A stretch of DNA of 64,000 bases, taken from the NCBI GenBank assembly GCA_964057225.1, contig CAXKVF010000078.1, positions 310,001-374,000 on the forward strand. The letters run 5' to 3'. Shown piece after piece: positions 12,801 through 27,800 of this stretch. The translations under genes and the position numbers were made by a program. The number at the start of each line of letters is the position of its first letter. Position 1 is the stretch's first letter. Source of the stretch: Auanema rhodensis (taxonomy: Eukaryota; Animalia; Nematoda). The notes below the pieces were generated by a model. The model was not told the DNA's origin and did not search any database. It saw only the letters and a list, made by a program, of their open reading frames with translations.

Positions 12801-15800
12801 GTGTACATTTAATTAGCATAAATTAAAGTTCACGTAAATTTCAAAGTCATGGTTACCATGCACCAATATCAATAAAAATTTGTTTTTAGACTAATATGGA
12901 CATGGGGAATCTAATTTTGAAAACCGCATCTCTTTATCTTTCACGTGAAGCGAGTTACATACCAAGTGCACATCACGTGTACATTTAATTAGCATAAATT
13001 AAAGTTCACGTAAATTTCAAAGTCATGGTTACCATGAACCAATATCAATAAAAATTTGTTTTTAGACTAATATGGACATGGGGAATCTAATTTTGAAAAC
13101 CGCATCTCTTTATCTTTCACGTGAAGCGAGTTACATACCAAGTGCACATCACGTGTACATTTAATTAGCATAAATTAAAGTTCACGTAAATTTCAAAGTC
13201 ATGGTTACCATGCACCAATATCAATAAAAATTTGTTTTTAGACTAATATGGACATGGGGAATCTAATTTTGAAAACCGCATCTCTTTATCTTTCACGTGA
13301 AGCGAGTTACATACCAAGTGCACATCACGTGTACATTTAATTAGCATAAATTAAAGTTCACGTAAATTTCAAAGTCATGGTTACCATGAACCAATATCAA
13401 TAAAAATTTGTTTTTAGACTAATATGGACATGGGGAATCTAATTTTGAAAACCGCATCTCTTTATCTTTCACGTGAAGCCAGTTACATACCAAGTGCACA
13501 TCACGTGTACATTTAATTAGCATAAATTAAAGTTCACGTAAATTTCAAAGTCATGGTTACCATGCACCAATATCAATAAAAATTTGTATTTAGACTAATA
13601 TGGACATGGGGAATCTAATTTTGTAAACCGCATCTCTTTATCTTTCACGTGAAGCGAGTTACATACCAAGTGCACATCACGTGTACATTTAATTAGCATA
13701 AATTAAAGTTCACGTAAATTTCAAAGTCATGGTTACCATGCACCAATATCAATAAAAATTTGTTTTTAGACTAATATGGACATGGGGAATCTAATTTTGA
13801 AAACCGCATCTCTTTATCTTTCACGTGAAGCGAGTTACATACCAAGTGCACATCACGTGTACATTTAATTAGCATAAATTAAAGTTCACGTAAATTTCAA
13901 AGTCATGGTTACCATGAACCAATATCAATAAAAATTTGTTTTTAGACTAATATGGACATGGGGAATCTAATTTTGAAAACCGCATCTCTTTATCTTTCAC
14001 GTGAAGCGAGTTACATACCAAGTGCACATCACGTGTACATTTAATTAGCATAAATTAAAGTTCACGTAAATTTCAAAGTCATGGTTACCATGCACCAATA
14101 TCAATAAAAATTTGTATTTAGACTAATATGGACATGGGAAATCTAATTTTGAAAACCGCATCTCTTTATCTTTCACGTGAAGCGAGTTACATACCAAGTG
14201 CACATCACGTGTACATTTAATTAGCATAAATTAAAGTTCACGTAAATTTCAAAGTCATGGTTACCATGCACCAATATCAATAAAAATTTGTTTTTAGACT
14301 AATATGGACATGGGGAATCTAATTTTGAAAACCGAATCTCTTTATCTTTCACGTGAAGCGAGTTACATACCAAGTGCACATCACGTGTACATTTAATTAG
14401 CATAAATTAAAGTTCACGTAAATTTCAAAGTCATGGTTACCATGAACCAATATCAATAAAAATTTGTTTTTAGACTAATATGGACATGGGGAATCTAATT
14501 TTGAAAACCGCATCTCTTTATCTTTCACGTGAAGCGAGTTACATACCAAGTGCACATCACGTGTACATTTAATTAGCATAAATTAAAGTTCACGTAAATT
14601 TCAAAGTCATGGTTACCATGCACCAATATCAATAAAAATTTGTTTTTAGACTAATATGGACATGGGGAATCTAATTTTGAAAACCGCATCTCTTTATCTT
14701 TCACGTGAAGCGAGTTACATACCAAGTGCACATCACGTGTACATTTAATTAGCATAAATTAAAGTTCACGTAAATTTCAAAGTCATGGCTACCATGCACC
14801 AATATCAATAAAAATTTGTTTTTAGACTAATATGGACATGGGGAATCTAATTTTGAAAACCGCATCTCTTTATCTTTCACGTGAAGCGAGTTACATACCA
14901 AGTGCACATCACGTGTACATTTAATTAGCATAAATTAAAGTTCACGTAAATTTCAAAGTCATGGTTACCATGAACCAATATCAATAAAAATTTGTTTTTA
15001 GACTAATATGGAAATGGGGAATCTAATTTTGAAAACCGCATCTCTTTATCTTTCACGTGAAGCGAGTTACATACCAAGTGCACATCACGTGTACATTTAA
15101 TTAGCATAAATTAAAGTTCACGTAAATTTCAAAGTCATGGTTACCATGCACCAATATCAATAAAAATTTGTATTTAGACTAATATGGACATGGGGAATCT
15201 AATTTTGAAAACCGCATCTCTTTATCTTTCACGTGAAGCGAGTTACATACCAAGTGCACATCACGTGTACATTTAATTAGCATAAATTAAAGTTCACGTA
15301 AATTTCAAAGTCATGGCTACCATGCACCAATATCAATAAAAATTTGTTTTTAGACTAATATGGACATGGGGAATCTAATTTTGAAAACCGCATCTCTTTA
15401 TCTTTCACGTGAAGCGAGTTACATACCAAGTGCACATCACGTGTACATTTAATTAGCATAAATTAAAGTTCACGTAAATTTCAAAGTCATGATTACCATG
15501 CACCAATATCAATAAAAATTTGTTTTTAGACTAATATGGACATGGGGAATCTAATTTTGAAAACCGCATCTCTTTATCTTCCACGTGAAGCGAGTTACAT
15601 ACCAAGTGCACATCACGTGTACATTTAATTAGCATAAATTAAAGTTCACGTAAATTTCAAAGTCATGGTTACCATGAACCAATATCAATAAAAATTTGTT
15701 TTTAGACTAATATGGACATGGGGAATCTAATTTTGAAAACCGCATCTCTTTATCTTTCACGTGAAGCGAGTTACATACAAAGTGCACATCACGTGTACAT

Positions 15801-18800
15801 TTAATTAGCATAAATTAAAGTTCACGTAAATTTCAAAGTCATGGTTACCATGAACCAATATCAATAAAAATTTGTTTTTAGACTAATATGGACATGGGGA
15901 ATCTAATTTTGAAAACCGCATCTCTTTATCTTTCACGTGAAGCGAGTTACATACCAAGTGCACATCACGTGTACATTTAATTAGCATAAATTAAAGTTCA
16001 CGTAAATTTCAAAGTCATGGTTACCATGCACCAATATCAATAAAAATTTGTATTTAGACTAATATGGACATGGGGAATCTAATTTTGAAAACCGCATCTC
16101 TTTATCTTTCACGTGAAGCGAGTTACATACCAAGTGCACATCACGTGTACATTTAATTAGCATAAATTAAAGTTCACGTAAATTTCAAAGTCATGGCTAC
16201 CATGCACCAATATCAATAAAAATTTGTTTTTAGACTAATATGGACATGGGGAATCTAATTTTGAAAACCGCATCTCTTTATCTTTCACGTGAAGCGAGTT
16301 ACATACCAAGTGCACATCACGTGTACATTTAATTAGCATAAATTAAAGTTCACGTAAATTTCAAAGTCATGATTACCATGCACCAATATCAATAAAAATT
16401 TGTTTTTAGACTAATATGGACATGGGGAATCTAATTTTGAAAACCGCATCTCTTTATCTTTCACGTGAAGCGAGTTACATACCAAGTGCACATCACGTGT
16501 ACATTTAATTAGCATAAATTAAAGTTCACGTAAAATTCAAAGTCATGGTTACCATGCACCAATATCAATAAAAATTTGTTTTTAGACTAATATGGACATG
16601 GGGAATCTAATTTTGAAAACCGCATCTCTTTATCTTTCACGTGAAGCGAGTTACATACCAAGTGCACATCACGTGTACATTTAATTAGCATAAATTAAAG
16701 TTCACGTAAATTTCAAAGTCATGGTTACCATGCACCAATATCAATAAAAATTTGTTTTTAGACTAATATGGACATGGGGAATCTAATTTTGAAAACCGCA
16801 TCTCTTTATCTTTCACGTGAAGCGAGTTACATACCAAGTGCACATCACGTGTACATTTAATTAGCATAAATTAAAGTTCACGTAAATTTCAAAGTCATGG
16901 TTACCATGAACCAATATCAATACTAATTTGTTTTTAGACTAATATGGACATGGGGAATATAATTTTGAAAACCGCATCTCTTTATCTTTCACGTGAAGCG
17001 AGTTACATACCAAGTGCACATCACGTGTACATTTAATTAGCATAAATTAAAGTTCACGTAAATTTCAAAGTCATGGTTACCATGCACCAATATCAATAAA
17101 AATTTGTTTTTAGACTAATATGGACATGGGGAATCTAATTTTGAAAACCGCATCTCTTTATCTTTCACGTGAAGCGAGTTACATACCAAGTGCACATCAC
17201 GTGTACATTTAATTAGCATAAATTAAAGTTCACGTAAATTTCAAAGTCATGGTTACCATGCACCAATATCAATAAAAATTTGTTTTTAGACTAATATGGA
17301 CATGAGGAATCTAATTTTGAAAACCGCATCTCTTTATCTTTCACGTGAAGCGAGTTACATACCAAGTGCACATCACGTGTACATTTAATTAGCATAAATT
17401 AAAGTTCACGTAAATTTCAAAGTCATGGTTACCATGAACCAATATCAATACTAATTTGTTTTTAGACTAATATGGACATGGGGAATATAATTTTGAAAAC
17501 CGCATCTCTTTATCTTTCACGTGAAGCGAGTTACATACCAAGTGCACATCACGTGTACATTTAATTAGCATAAATTAAAGTTCACGTAAATTTCAAAGTC
17601 ATGGTTACCATGCACCAATATCAATAAAAATTTGTTTTTAGACTAATATGGACATGGGGAATCTAATTTTGAAAACCGCATCTCTTTATCTTTCACGTGA
17701 AGCGAGTTACATACCAAGTGCACATCACGTGTACATTTAATTAGCATAAATTAAAGTTCACGTAAATTTCAAAGTCATGGTTACCATGCACCAATATCAA
17801 TAAAAATTTGTTTTTAGACTAATATGGACATGGGGAATCTAATTTTGAAAACCGCATCTCTTTATCTTTCACGTGAAGCGAGTTACATACCAAGTGCACA
17901 TCACGTGTACATTTAATTAGCATAAATTAAAGTTCACGTAAAATTCAAAGTCATGGTTACCATGCACCAATATCAATAAAAATTTGTTTTTAGACTAATA
18001 TGGACATGGGGAATCTAATTTTGAAAACCGCATCTCTTTATCTTTCACGTGAAGCGAGTTACATACCAAGTGCACATCACGTGTACATTTAATTTGCATA
18101 AATTAAAGTTCACGTAAATTTCAAAGTCATGGTTACCATGCACCAATATCAATAAAAATTTGTTTTTAGACTAATATGGACATGGGGAATCTAATTTTGA
18201 AAACCGCATCTCTTTATCTTTCACGTGAAGCGAGTTACATACCAAGTGCACATCACGTGTACATTTAATTAGCATAAATTAAAGTTCACGTAAATTTCAA
18301 AGTCATGGTTACCATGCACCAATATCAATAAAAATTTGTTTTTAGACTAATATGGACATGGGGAATCTAATTTTGAAAACCGCATCTCTTTATCTTTCAC
18401 GTGAAGCGAGTTACATACCAAGTGCACATCACGTGTTCATTTAATTAGCATAAATTAAAGTTCACGTAAATTTCAAAGTCATGGTTACCATGAACCAATA
18501 TCAATAAAAATTTGTTTTCAGACTAATATGGACATGGGGAATCTAATTTTGAAAACCGCATCTCTTTATCTTTCACGTGAAGCGAGTTACATACCAAGTG
18601 CACATCACGTGTACATTTAATTAGCATAAATTAAAGTTCACGTAAAATTCAAAGTCATGGTTACCATGCACCAATATCAATAAAAATTTGTTTTTAGACT
18701 AATATGGACATGAGGAATCTAATTTTGAAAACCGCATCTCTTTATCTTTCACGTGAAGCGAGTTACATACCAAGTGCACATCACGTGTACATTTAATTAG

Positions 18801-21800
18801 CATAAATTAAAGTTCACGTAAAATTCAAAGTCATGGTTACCATGCACCAATATCAATAAAAATTTGTTTTTAGACTAATATGGACATGAGGAATCTAATT
18901 TTGAAAACCGCATCTCTTTATCTTTCACGTGAAGCGAGTTACATACCAAGTGCACATCACGTGTACATTTAATTTGCATAAATTAAAGTTCACGTAAATT
19001 TCAAAGTCATGGTTACCATGCACCAATATCAATAAAAATTTGTTTTTAGACTAATATGGACATGGGGAATCTAATTTTGAAAACCGCATCTCTTTATCTT
19101 TCACGTGAAGCGAGTTACATACCAAGTGCACATCACGTGTACATTTAATTAGCATAAATTAAAGTTCACGTAAATTTCAAAGTCATGGTTACCATGCACC
19201 AATATCAATAAAAATTTGTTTTTAGACTAATATGGACATGGGGAATCTAATTTTGAAAACCGCATCTCTTTATCTTTCACGTGAAGCGAGTTACATACCA
19301 AGTGCACATCACGTGTACATTTAATTAGCATAAATTAAAGTTCACGTAAATTTCAAAGTCATGGTTACCATGAACCAATATCAATAAAAATTTGTTTTTA
19401 GACTAATATGGACATGGGGAATCTAATTTTGAAAACCGCATCTCTTTATCTTTCACGTGAAGCGAGTTACATACCAAGTGCACAGCACGTGTACATTTAA
19501 TTAGCATAAATTAAAGTTCACGTAAATTTCAAAGTCATGGTTACCATGAACCAATATCAATAAAAATTTGTTTTTAGACTAATATGGACATGGGGAATCT
19601 AATTTTGAAAACCGCATCTCTTTATCTTTCACGTGAAGCGAGTTACATACCAAGTGCACATCACGTGTACATTTAATTAGCATAAATTAAAGTTCACGTA
19701 AATTTCAAAGTCATGGTTACCATGAACCAATATCAATAAAAATTTGTTTTTAGACTAATATGGACATGGGGAATCTAATTTTGAAAACCGCATCTCTTTA
19801 TCTTTCACGTGAAGCGAGTTACATACCAAGTGCACATCACGTGTACATTTAATTAGCATAAATTAAAGTTCACGTAAATTTCAAAGTCATGGTTACCATG
19901 CACCAATATCAATAAAAATTTGTTTTTAGACTAATATGGACATGGGGAATCTAATTTTGAAAACCGCATCTCTTTATCTTTCACGTGAAGCGAGTTACAT
20001 ACCAAGTGCACATCACGTGTACATTTAATTAGCATAAATTAAAGTTCACGTAAATTTCAAAGTCATGGTTACCATGAACCAATATCAATAAAAATTTGTT
20101 TTTAGACTAATATGGACATGGGGAATCTAATTTTGAAAACCGCATCTCTTTATCTTTCACGTGAAGCGAGTTACATACCAAGTGCACAGCACGTGTACAT
20201 TTAATTAGCATAAATTAAAGTTCACGTAAATTTCAAAGTCATGGTTACCATGAACCAATATCAATAAAAATTTGTTTTTAGACTAATATGGACATGGGGA
20301 ATCTAATTTTGAAAACCGCATCTCTTTATCTTTCACGTGAAGCGAGTTACATACCAAGTGCACATCACGTGTACATTTAATTAGCATAAATTAAAGTTCA
20401 CGTAAAATTCAAAGTCATGGTTACCATGCACCAATATCAATAAAAATTTGTTTTTAGACTAATATGGACATGGGGAATCTAATTTTGAAAACCGCACCTC
20501 TTTATCTTTCACGTGAAGCGAGTTACATACCAAGTGCACATCACGTGTACATTTAATTAGCATAAATTAAAGTTCACGTAAATTTCAAAGTCATGGTTAC
20601 CATGCACCAATATCAATAAAAATTTGTTTTTAGACTAATATGGACATGGGGAATCTAATTTTGAAAACCGCATCTCTTTATCTTTCACGTGAAGCGAGTT
20701 ACATACCAAGTGCACATCACGTGTACATTTAATTAGCATAAATTAAAGTTCACGTAAATTTCAAAGTCATGGTTACCATGCACCAATATCAATAAAAATT
20801 TGTTTTTAGACTAATATGGACATGGGGAATCTAATTTTGAAAACCGCATCTCTTTATCTTTCACGTGAAGCGAGTTACATACCAAGTGCACATCACGTGT
20901 ACATTTAATTAGCATAAATTAAAGTTCACGTAAATTTCAAAGTCATGGTTACCATGAACCAATATCAATAAAAATTTGTTTTTAGACTAATATGGACATG
21001 GGGAATCTAATTTTGAAAACCGCATCTCTTTATCTTTCACGTGAAGCGAGTTACATACCAAGTGCACATCACGTGTACATTTAATTAGCATAAATTAAAG
21101 TTCACGTAAATTTCAAAGTCATGGTTACCATGCACCAATATCAATAAAAATTTGTTTTTAGACTAATATGGACATGGGGAATCTAATTTTGAAAACCGCA
21201 TCTCTTTATCTTTCACGTGAAGCGAGTTACATACCAAGTGCACATCACGTGTACATTTAATTAGCATAAATTAAAGTTCACGTAAATTTCAAAGTCATGG
21301 TTACCATGCACCAATATCAATAAAAATTTGTTTTTAGACTAATATGGACATGGGGAATCTAATTTTGAAAACCGCATCTCTTTATCTTTCACGTGAAGCG
21401 AGTTACATACCAAGTGCACATCACGTGTACATTTAATTAGCATAAATTAAAGTTCACGTAAATTTCAAAGTCATGGTTACCATGCACCAATATCAATAAA
21501 AATTTGTTTTTAGACTAATATGGACATGGGGAATCTAATTTTGAAAACCGCATCTCTTTATCTTTCACGTGAAGCGAGTTACATACCAAGTGCACATCAC
21601 GTGTACATTTAATTAGCATAAATTAAAGTTCACGTAAATTTCAAAGTCATGGTTACCATGCACCAATATCAATAAAAATTTGTTTTTAGACTAATATGGA
21701 CATGGGGAATCTAATTTTGAAAACCGCATCTCTTTATCTTTCACGTGAAGCGAGTTACATACCAAGTGCACATCACGTGTACATTTAATTAGCATAAATT

Positions 21801-24800
21801 AAAGTTCACGTAAATTTCAAAGTCATGGTTACCATGAACCAATATCAATAAAAATTTGTTTTTAGACTAATATGGACATGGGGAATCTAATTTTGAAAAC
21901 CGCATCTCTTTATCTTTCACGTGAAGCGAGTTACATACCAAGTGCACATCACGTGTACATTTAATTAGCATAAATTAAAGTTCACGTAAATTTCAAAGTC
22001 ATGGTTACCATGCACCAATATCAATAAAAATTTGTTTTTAGACTAATATGGACATGGGGAATCTAATTTTGAAAACCGCATCTCTTTATCTTTCACGTGA
22101 AGCGAGTTACATACCAAGTGCACATCACGTGTACATTTAATTAGCATAAATTAAAGTTCACGTAAATTTCAAAGTCATGGTTACCATGAACCAATATCAA
22201 TAAAAATTTGTTTTTAGACTAATATGGACATGGGGAATCTAATTTTGAAAACCGCATCTCTTTATCTTTCACGTGAAGCGAGTTACATACCAAGTGCACA
22301 TCACGTGTACATTTAATTAGCATAAATTAAAGTTCACGTAAATTTCAAAGTCATGGTTACCATGCACCAATATCAATAAAAATTTGTTTTTAGACTAATA
22401 TGGACATGGGGAATCTAATTTTGAAAACCGCATCTCTTTATCTTTCACGTGAAGCGAGTTACATACCAAGTGCACATCACGTGTACATTTAATTAGCATA
22501 AATTAAAGTTCACGTAAATTTCAAAGTCATGGTTACCATGCACCAATATCAATAAAAATTTGTTTTTAGACTAATATGGACATGGGGAATCTAATTTTGA
22601 AAACCGCATCTCTTTATCTTTCACGTGAAGCGAGTTACATACCAAGTGCACATCACGTGTACATTTAATTAGCATAAATTAAAGTTCACGTAAATTTCAA
22701 AGTCATGGTTACCATGCACCAATATCAATAAAAATTTGTTTTTAGACTAATATGGACATGGGGAATCTAATTTTGAAAACCGCATCTCTTTATCTTTCAC
22801 GTGAAGCGAGTTACATACCAAGTGCACATCACGTGTACATTTAATTAGCATAAATTAAAGTTCACGTAAATTTCAAAGTCATGGTTACCATGCACCAATA
22901 TCAATAAAAATTTGTTTTTAGACTAATATGGACATGGGGAATCTAATTTTGAAAACCGCATCTCTTTATCTTTCACGTGAAGCGAGTTACATACCAAGTG
23001 CACATCACGTGTACATTTAATTAGCATAAATTAAAGTTCACGTAAATTTCAAAGTCATGGTTACCATGCACCAATATCAATAAAAATTTGTTTTTAGACT
23101 AATATGGACATGGGGAATCTAATTTGGAAAACCGCATCTCTTTATCTTTCACGTGAAGCGAGTTACATACCAAGTGCACATCACGTGTACATTTAATTAG
23201 CATAAATTAAAGTTCACGTAAATTTCAAAGTCATGGTTACCATGCACCAATATCAATAAAAATTTGTTTTTAGACTAATATGGACATGGGGAATCTAATT
23301 TTGAAAACCGCATCTCTTTATCTTTCACGTGAAGCGAGTTACATACCAAGTGCACATCACGTGTACATTTAATTAGCATAAATTAAAGTTCACGTAAATT
23401 TCAAAGTCATGGTTACCATGAACCAATATCAATAAAAATTTGTTTTTAGACTAATATGGACATGGGGAATCTAATTTTGAAAACCGCATCTCTTTATCTT
23501 TCACGTGAAGCGAGTTACATACCAAGTGCACATCACGTGTACATTTAATTAGCATAAATTAAAGTTCACGTAAATTTCAAAGTCATGGTTACCATGCACC
23601 AATATCAATAAAAATTTGTTTTTAGACTAATATGGACATGGGGAATCTAATTTTGAAAACCGCATCTCTTTATCTTTCACGTGAAGCGAGTTACATACCA
23701 AGTGCACATCACGTGTACATTTAATTAGCATAAATTAAAGTTCACGTAAATTTCAAAGTCATGGTTACCATGAACCAATATCAATAAAAATTTGTTTTTA
23801 GACTAATATGGACATGGGGAATCTAATTTTGAAAACCGCATCTCTTTATCTTTCACGTGAAGCGAGTTACATACCAAGTGCACATCACGTGTACATTTAA
23901 TTAGCATAAATTAAAGTTCACGTAAAATTCAAAGTCATGGTTACCATGCACCAATATCAATAAAAATTTGTATTTAGACTAATATGGACATGGGGAATCT
24001 AATTTTGAAAACCGCATCTCTTTATCTTTCACGTGAAGCGAGTTACATACCAAGTGCACATCACGTGTACATTTAATTAGCATAAATTAAAGTTCACGTA
24101 AATTTCAAAGTCATGGTTACCATGCACCAATATCAATAAAAATTTGTTTTTAGACTAATATGGACATGGGGAATCTAATTTTGAAAACCGCATCTCTTTA
24201 TCTTTCACGTGAAGCGAGTTACATACCAAGTGCACATCACGTGTACATTTAATTAGCATAAATTAAAGTTCACGTAAATTTCAAAGTCATGGTTACCATG
24301 AACCAATATCAATAAAAATTTGTTTTTAGACTAATATGGACATGGGGAATCTAATTTTGAAAACCGCATCTCTTTATCTTTCACGTGAAGCGAGTTACAT
24401 ACCAAGTGCACATCACGTGTACATTTAATTAGCATAAATTAAAGTTCACGTAAATTTCAAAGTCATGGTTACCATGCACCAATATCAATAAAAATTTGTT
24501 TTTAGACTAATATGGACATGGGGAATCTAATTTTGAAAACCGCATCTCTTTATCTTTCACGTGAAGCGAGTTACATACCAAGTGCACATCACGTGTACAT
24601 TTAATTAGCATAAATTAAAGTTCACGTAAATTTCAAAGTCATGATTACCATGCACCAATATCAATAAAAATTTGTTTTTAGACTAATATGGACATGGGGA
24701 ATCTAATTTTGAAAACCGCATCTCTTTATCTTTCACGTGAAGCGAGTTACATACCAAGTGCACATCACGTGTACATTTAATTAGCATAAATTAAAGTTCA

Positions 24801-27800
24801 CGTAAATTTCAAAGTCATGGTTACCATGCACCAATATCAATAAAAATTTGTTTTTAGACTAATATGGACATGGGGAATCTAATTTTGAAAACCGCATCTC
24901 TTTATCTTTCACGTGAAGCGAGTTACATACCAAGTGCACATCACGTGTACATTTAATTAGCATAAATTAAAGTTCACGTAAATTTCAAAGTCATGGCTAC
25001 CATGCACCAATATCAATAAAAATTTGTTTTTAGACTAATATGGACATGGGGAATCTAATTTTGAAAACCGCATCTCTTTATCTTTCACGTGAAGCGAGTT
25101 ACATACCAAGTGCACATCACGTGTACATTTAATTAGCATAAATTAAAGTTCACGTAAAATTCAAAGTCATGATTACCATGCACCAATATCAATAAAAATT
25201 TGTTTTTAGACTAATATGGACATGGGGAATCTAATTTTGAAAACCGCATCTCTTTATCTTTCACGTGAAGCGAGTTACATACCAAGTGCACATCACGTGT
25301 ACATTTAATTAGCATAAATTAAAGTTCACGTAAATTTCAAAGTCATGGTTACCATGCACCAATATCAATAAAAATTTGTTTTTAGACTAATATGGACATG
25401 GGGAATCTAATTTTGAAAACCGCATCTCTTTATCTTTCACGTGAAGCGAGTTACATACCAAGTGCACATCACGTGTACATTTAATTAGCATAAATTAAAG
25501 TTCACGTAAATTTCAAAGTCATGGTTACCATGCACCAATATCAATAAAAATTTGTTTTTAGACTAATATGGACATGGGGAATCTAATTTTGAAAACCGCA
25601 TCTCTTTATCTTTCACGTGAAGCGAGTTACATACCAAGTGCACATCACGTGTACATTTAATTAGCATAAATTAAAGTTCACGTAAATTTCAAAGTCATGG
25701 TTACCATGAACCAATATCAATACTAATTTGTTTTTAGACTAATATGGACATGGGGAATCTAATTTTGAAAACCGCATCTCTTTATCTTTCACGTGAAGCG
25801 AGTTACATACCAAGTGCACATCACGTGTACATTTAATTAGCATAAATTAAAGTTCACGTAAATTTCAAAGTCATGGTTAGCATGCACCAATATCAATAAA
25901 AATTTGTTTTTAGACTAATATGGACATGGGGAATCTAATTTTGAAAACCGCATCTCTTTATCTTTCACGTGAAGCGAGTTACATACCAAGTGCACATCAC
26001 GTGTACATTTAATTAGCATAAATTAAAGTTCACGTAAAATTCAAAGTCATGGTTACCATGCACCAATATCAATAAAAATTTGTTTTTAGACTAATATGGA
26101 CATGGGGAATCTAATTTTGAAAACCGCATCTCTTTATCTTTCACGTGAAGCGAGTTACATACCAAGTGCACATCACGTGTACATTTAATTTGCATAAATT
26201 AAAGTTCACGTAAATTTCAAAATCATGGTTACCATGCACCAATATCAATAAAAATTTGTTTTTAGACTACTATGGACATGGGGAATCTAATTTTGAAAAC
26301 CGCATCTCTTTATCTTTCACGTGAAGCGAGTTACATACCAAGTGCACATCACGTGTACATTTAATTAGCATAAATTAAAGTTCACGTAAATTTCAAAGTC
26401 ATGGTTACCATGCACCAATATCAATAAAAATTTGTTTTTAGACTAATATGGACATGGGGAATCTAATTTTGAAAACCGCATCTCTTTATCTTTCACGTGA
26501 AGCGAGTTACATACCAAGTGCACATCACGTGTACATTTAATTAGCATAAATTAAAGTTCACGTAAATTTCAAAGTCATGGTTACCATGCACCAATATCAA
26601 TAAAAATTTGTTTTTAGACTAATATGGACATGGGGAATCTAATTTTGAAAACCGCATCTCTTTATCTTTCACGTGAAGCGAGTTACATACCAAGTGCACA
26701 TCACGTGTACATTTAATTAGCATAAATTAAAGTTCACGTAAATTTCAAAGTCATGGTTACCATGCACCAATATCAATAAAAATTTGTTTTTAGACTAATA
26801 TGGACATGGGGAATCTAATTTTGAAAACCGCATCTCTTTATCTTTCACGTGAAGCGAGTTACATACCAAGTGCACATCACGTGTACATTTAATTAGCATA
26901 AATTAAAGTTCACGTAAATTTCAAAGTCATGGTTACCATGCACCAATATCAATAAAAATTTGTTTTTAGACTAATATGGACATGGGGAATCTAATTTTGA
27001 AAACCGCATCTCTTTATCTTTCACGTGAAGCGAGTTACATACCAAGTGCACATCACGTGTACATTTAATTAGCATAAATTAAAGTTCACGTAAATTTCAA
27101 AGTCATGGTTACCATGCACCAATATCAATAAAAATTTGTTTTTAGACTAATATGGACATGGGGAATCTAATTTTGAAAACCGCATCTCTTTATCTTTCAC
27201 GTGAAGCGAGTTACATACCAAGTGCACATCACGTGTACATTTAATTAGCATAAATTAAAGTTCACGTAAAATTCAAAGTCATGGTTACCATGCACCAATA
27301 TCAATAAAAATTTGTTTTTAGACTAATATGGACATGGGGAATCTAATTTTGAAAACCGCATATCTTTATCTTTCACGTGAAGCGAGTTACATACCAAGTG
27401 CACATCACGTGTACATTTAATTAGCATAAATTAAAGTTCACGTAAATTTCAAAGTCATGGTTACCATGCACCAATATCAATAAAAATTTGTTTTTAGACT
27501 AATATGGACATGGGGAATCTAATTTTGAAAACCGCATCTCTTTATCTTTCACGTGAAGCGAGTTACATACCAAGTGCACATCACGTGTACATTTAATTAG
27601 CATAAATTAAAGTTCACGTAAATTTCAAAGTCATGGTTACCATGCACCAATATCAATAAAAATTTGTTTTTAGACTAATATGGACATGGGGAATCTAATT
27701 TTGAAAACCGCATCTCTTTATCTTTCACGTGAAGCGAGTTACATACCAAGTGCACATCACGTGTACATTTAATTAGCATAAATTAAAGTTCACGTAAATT

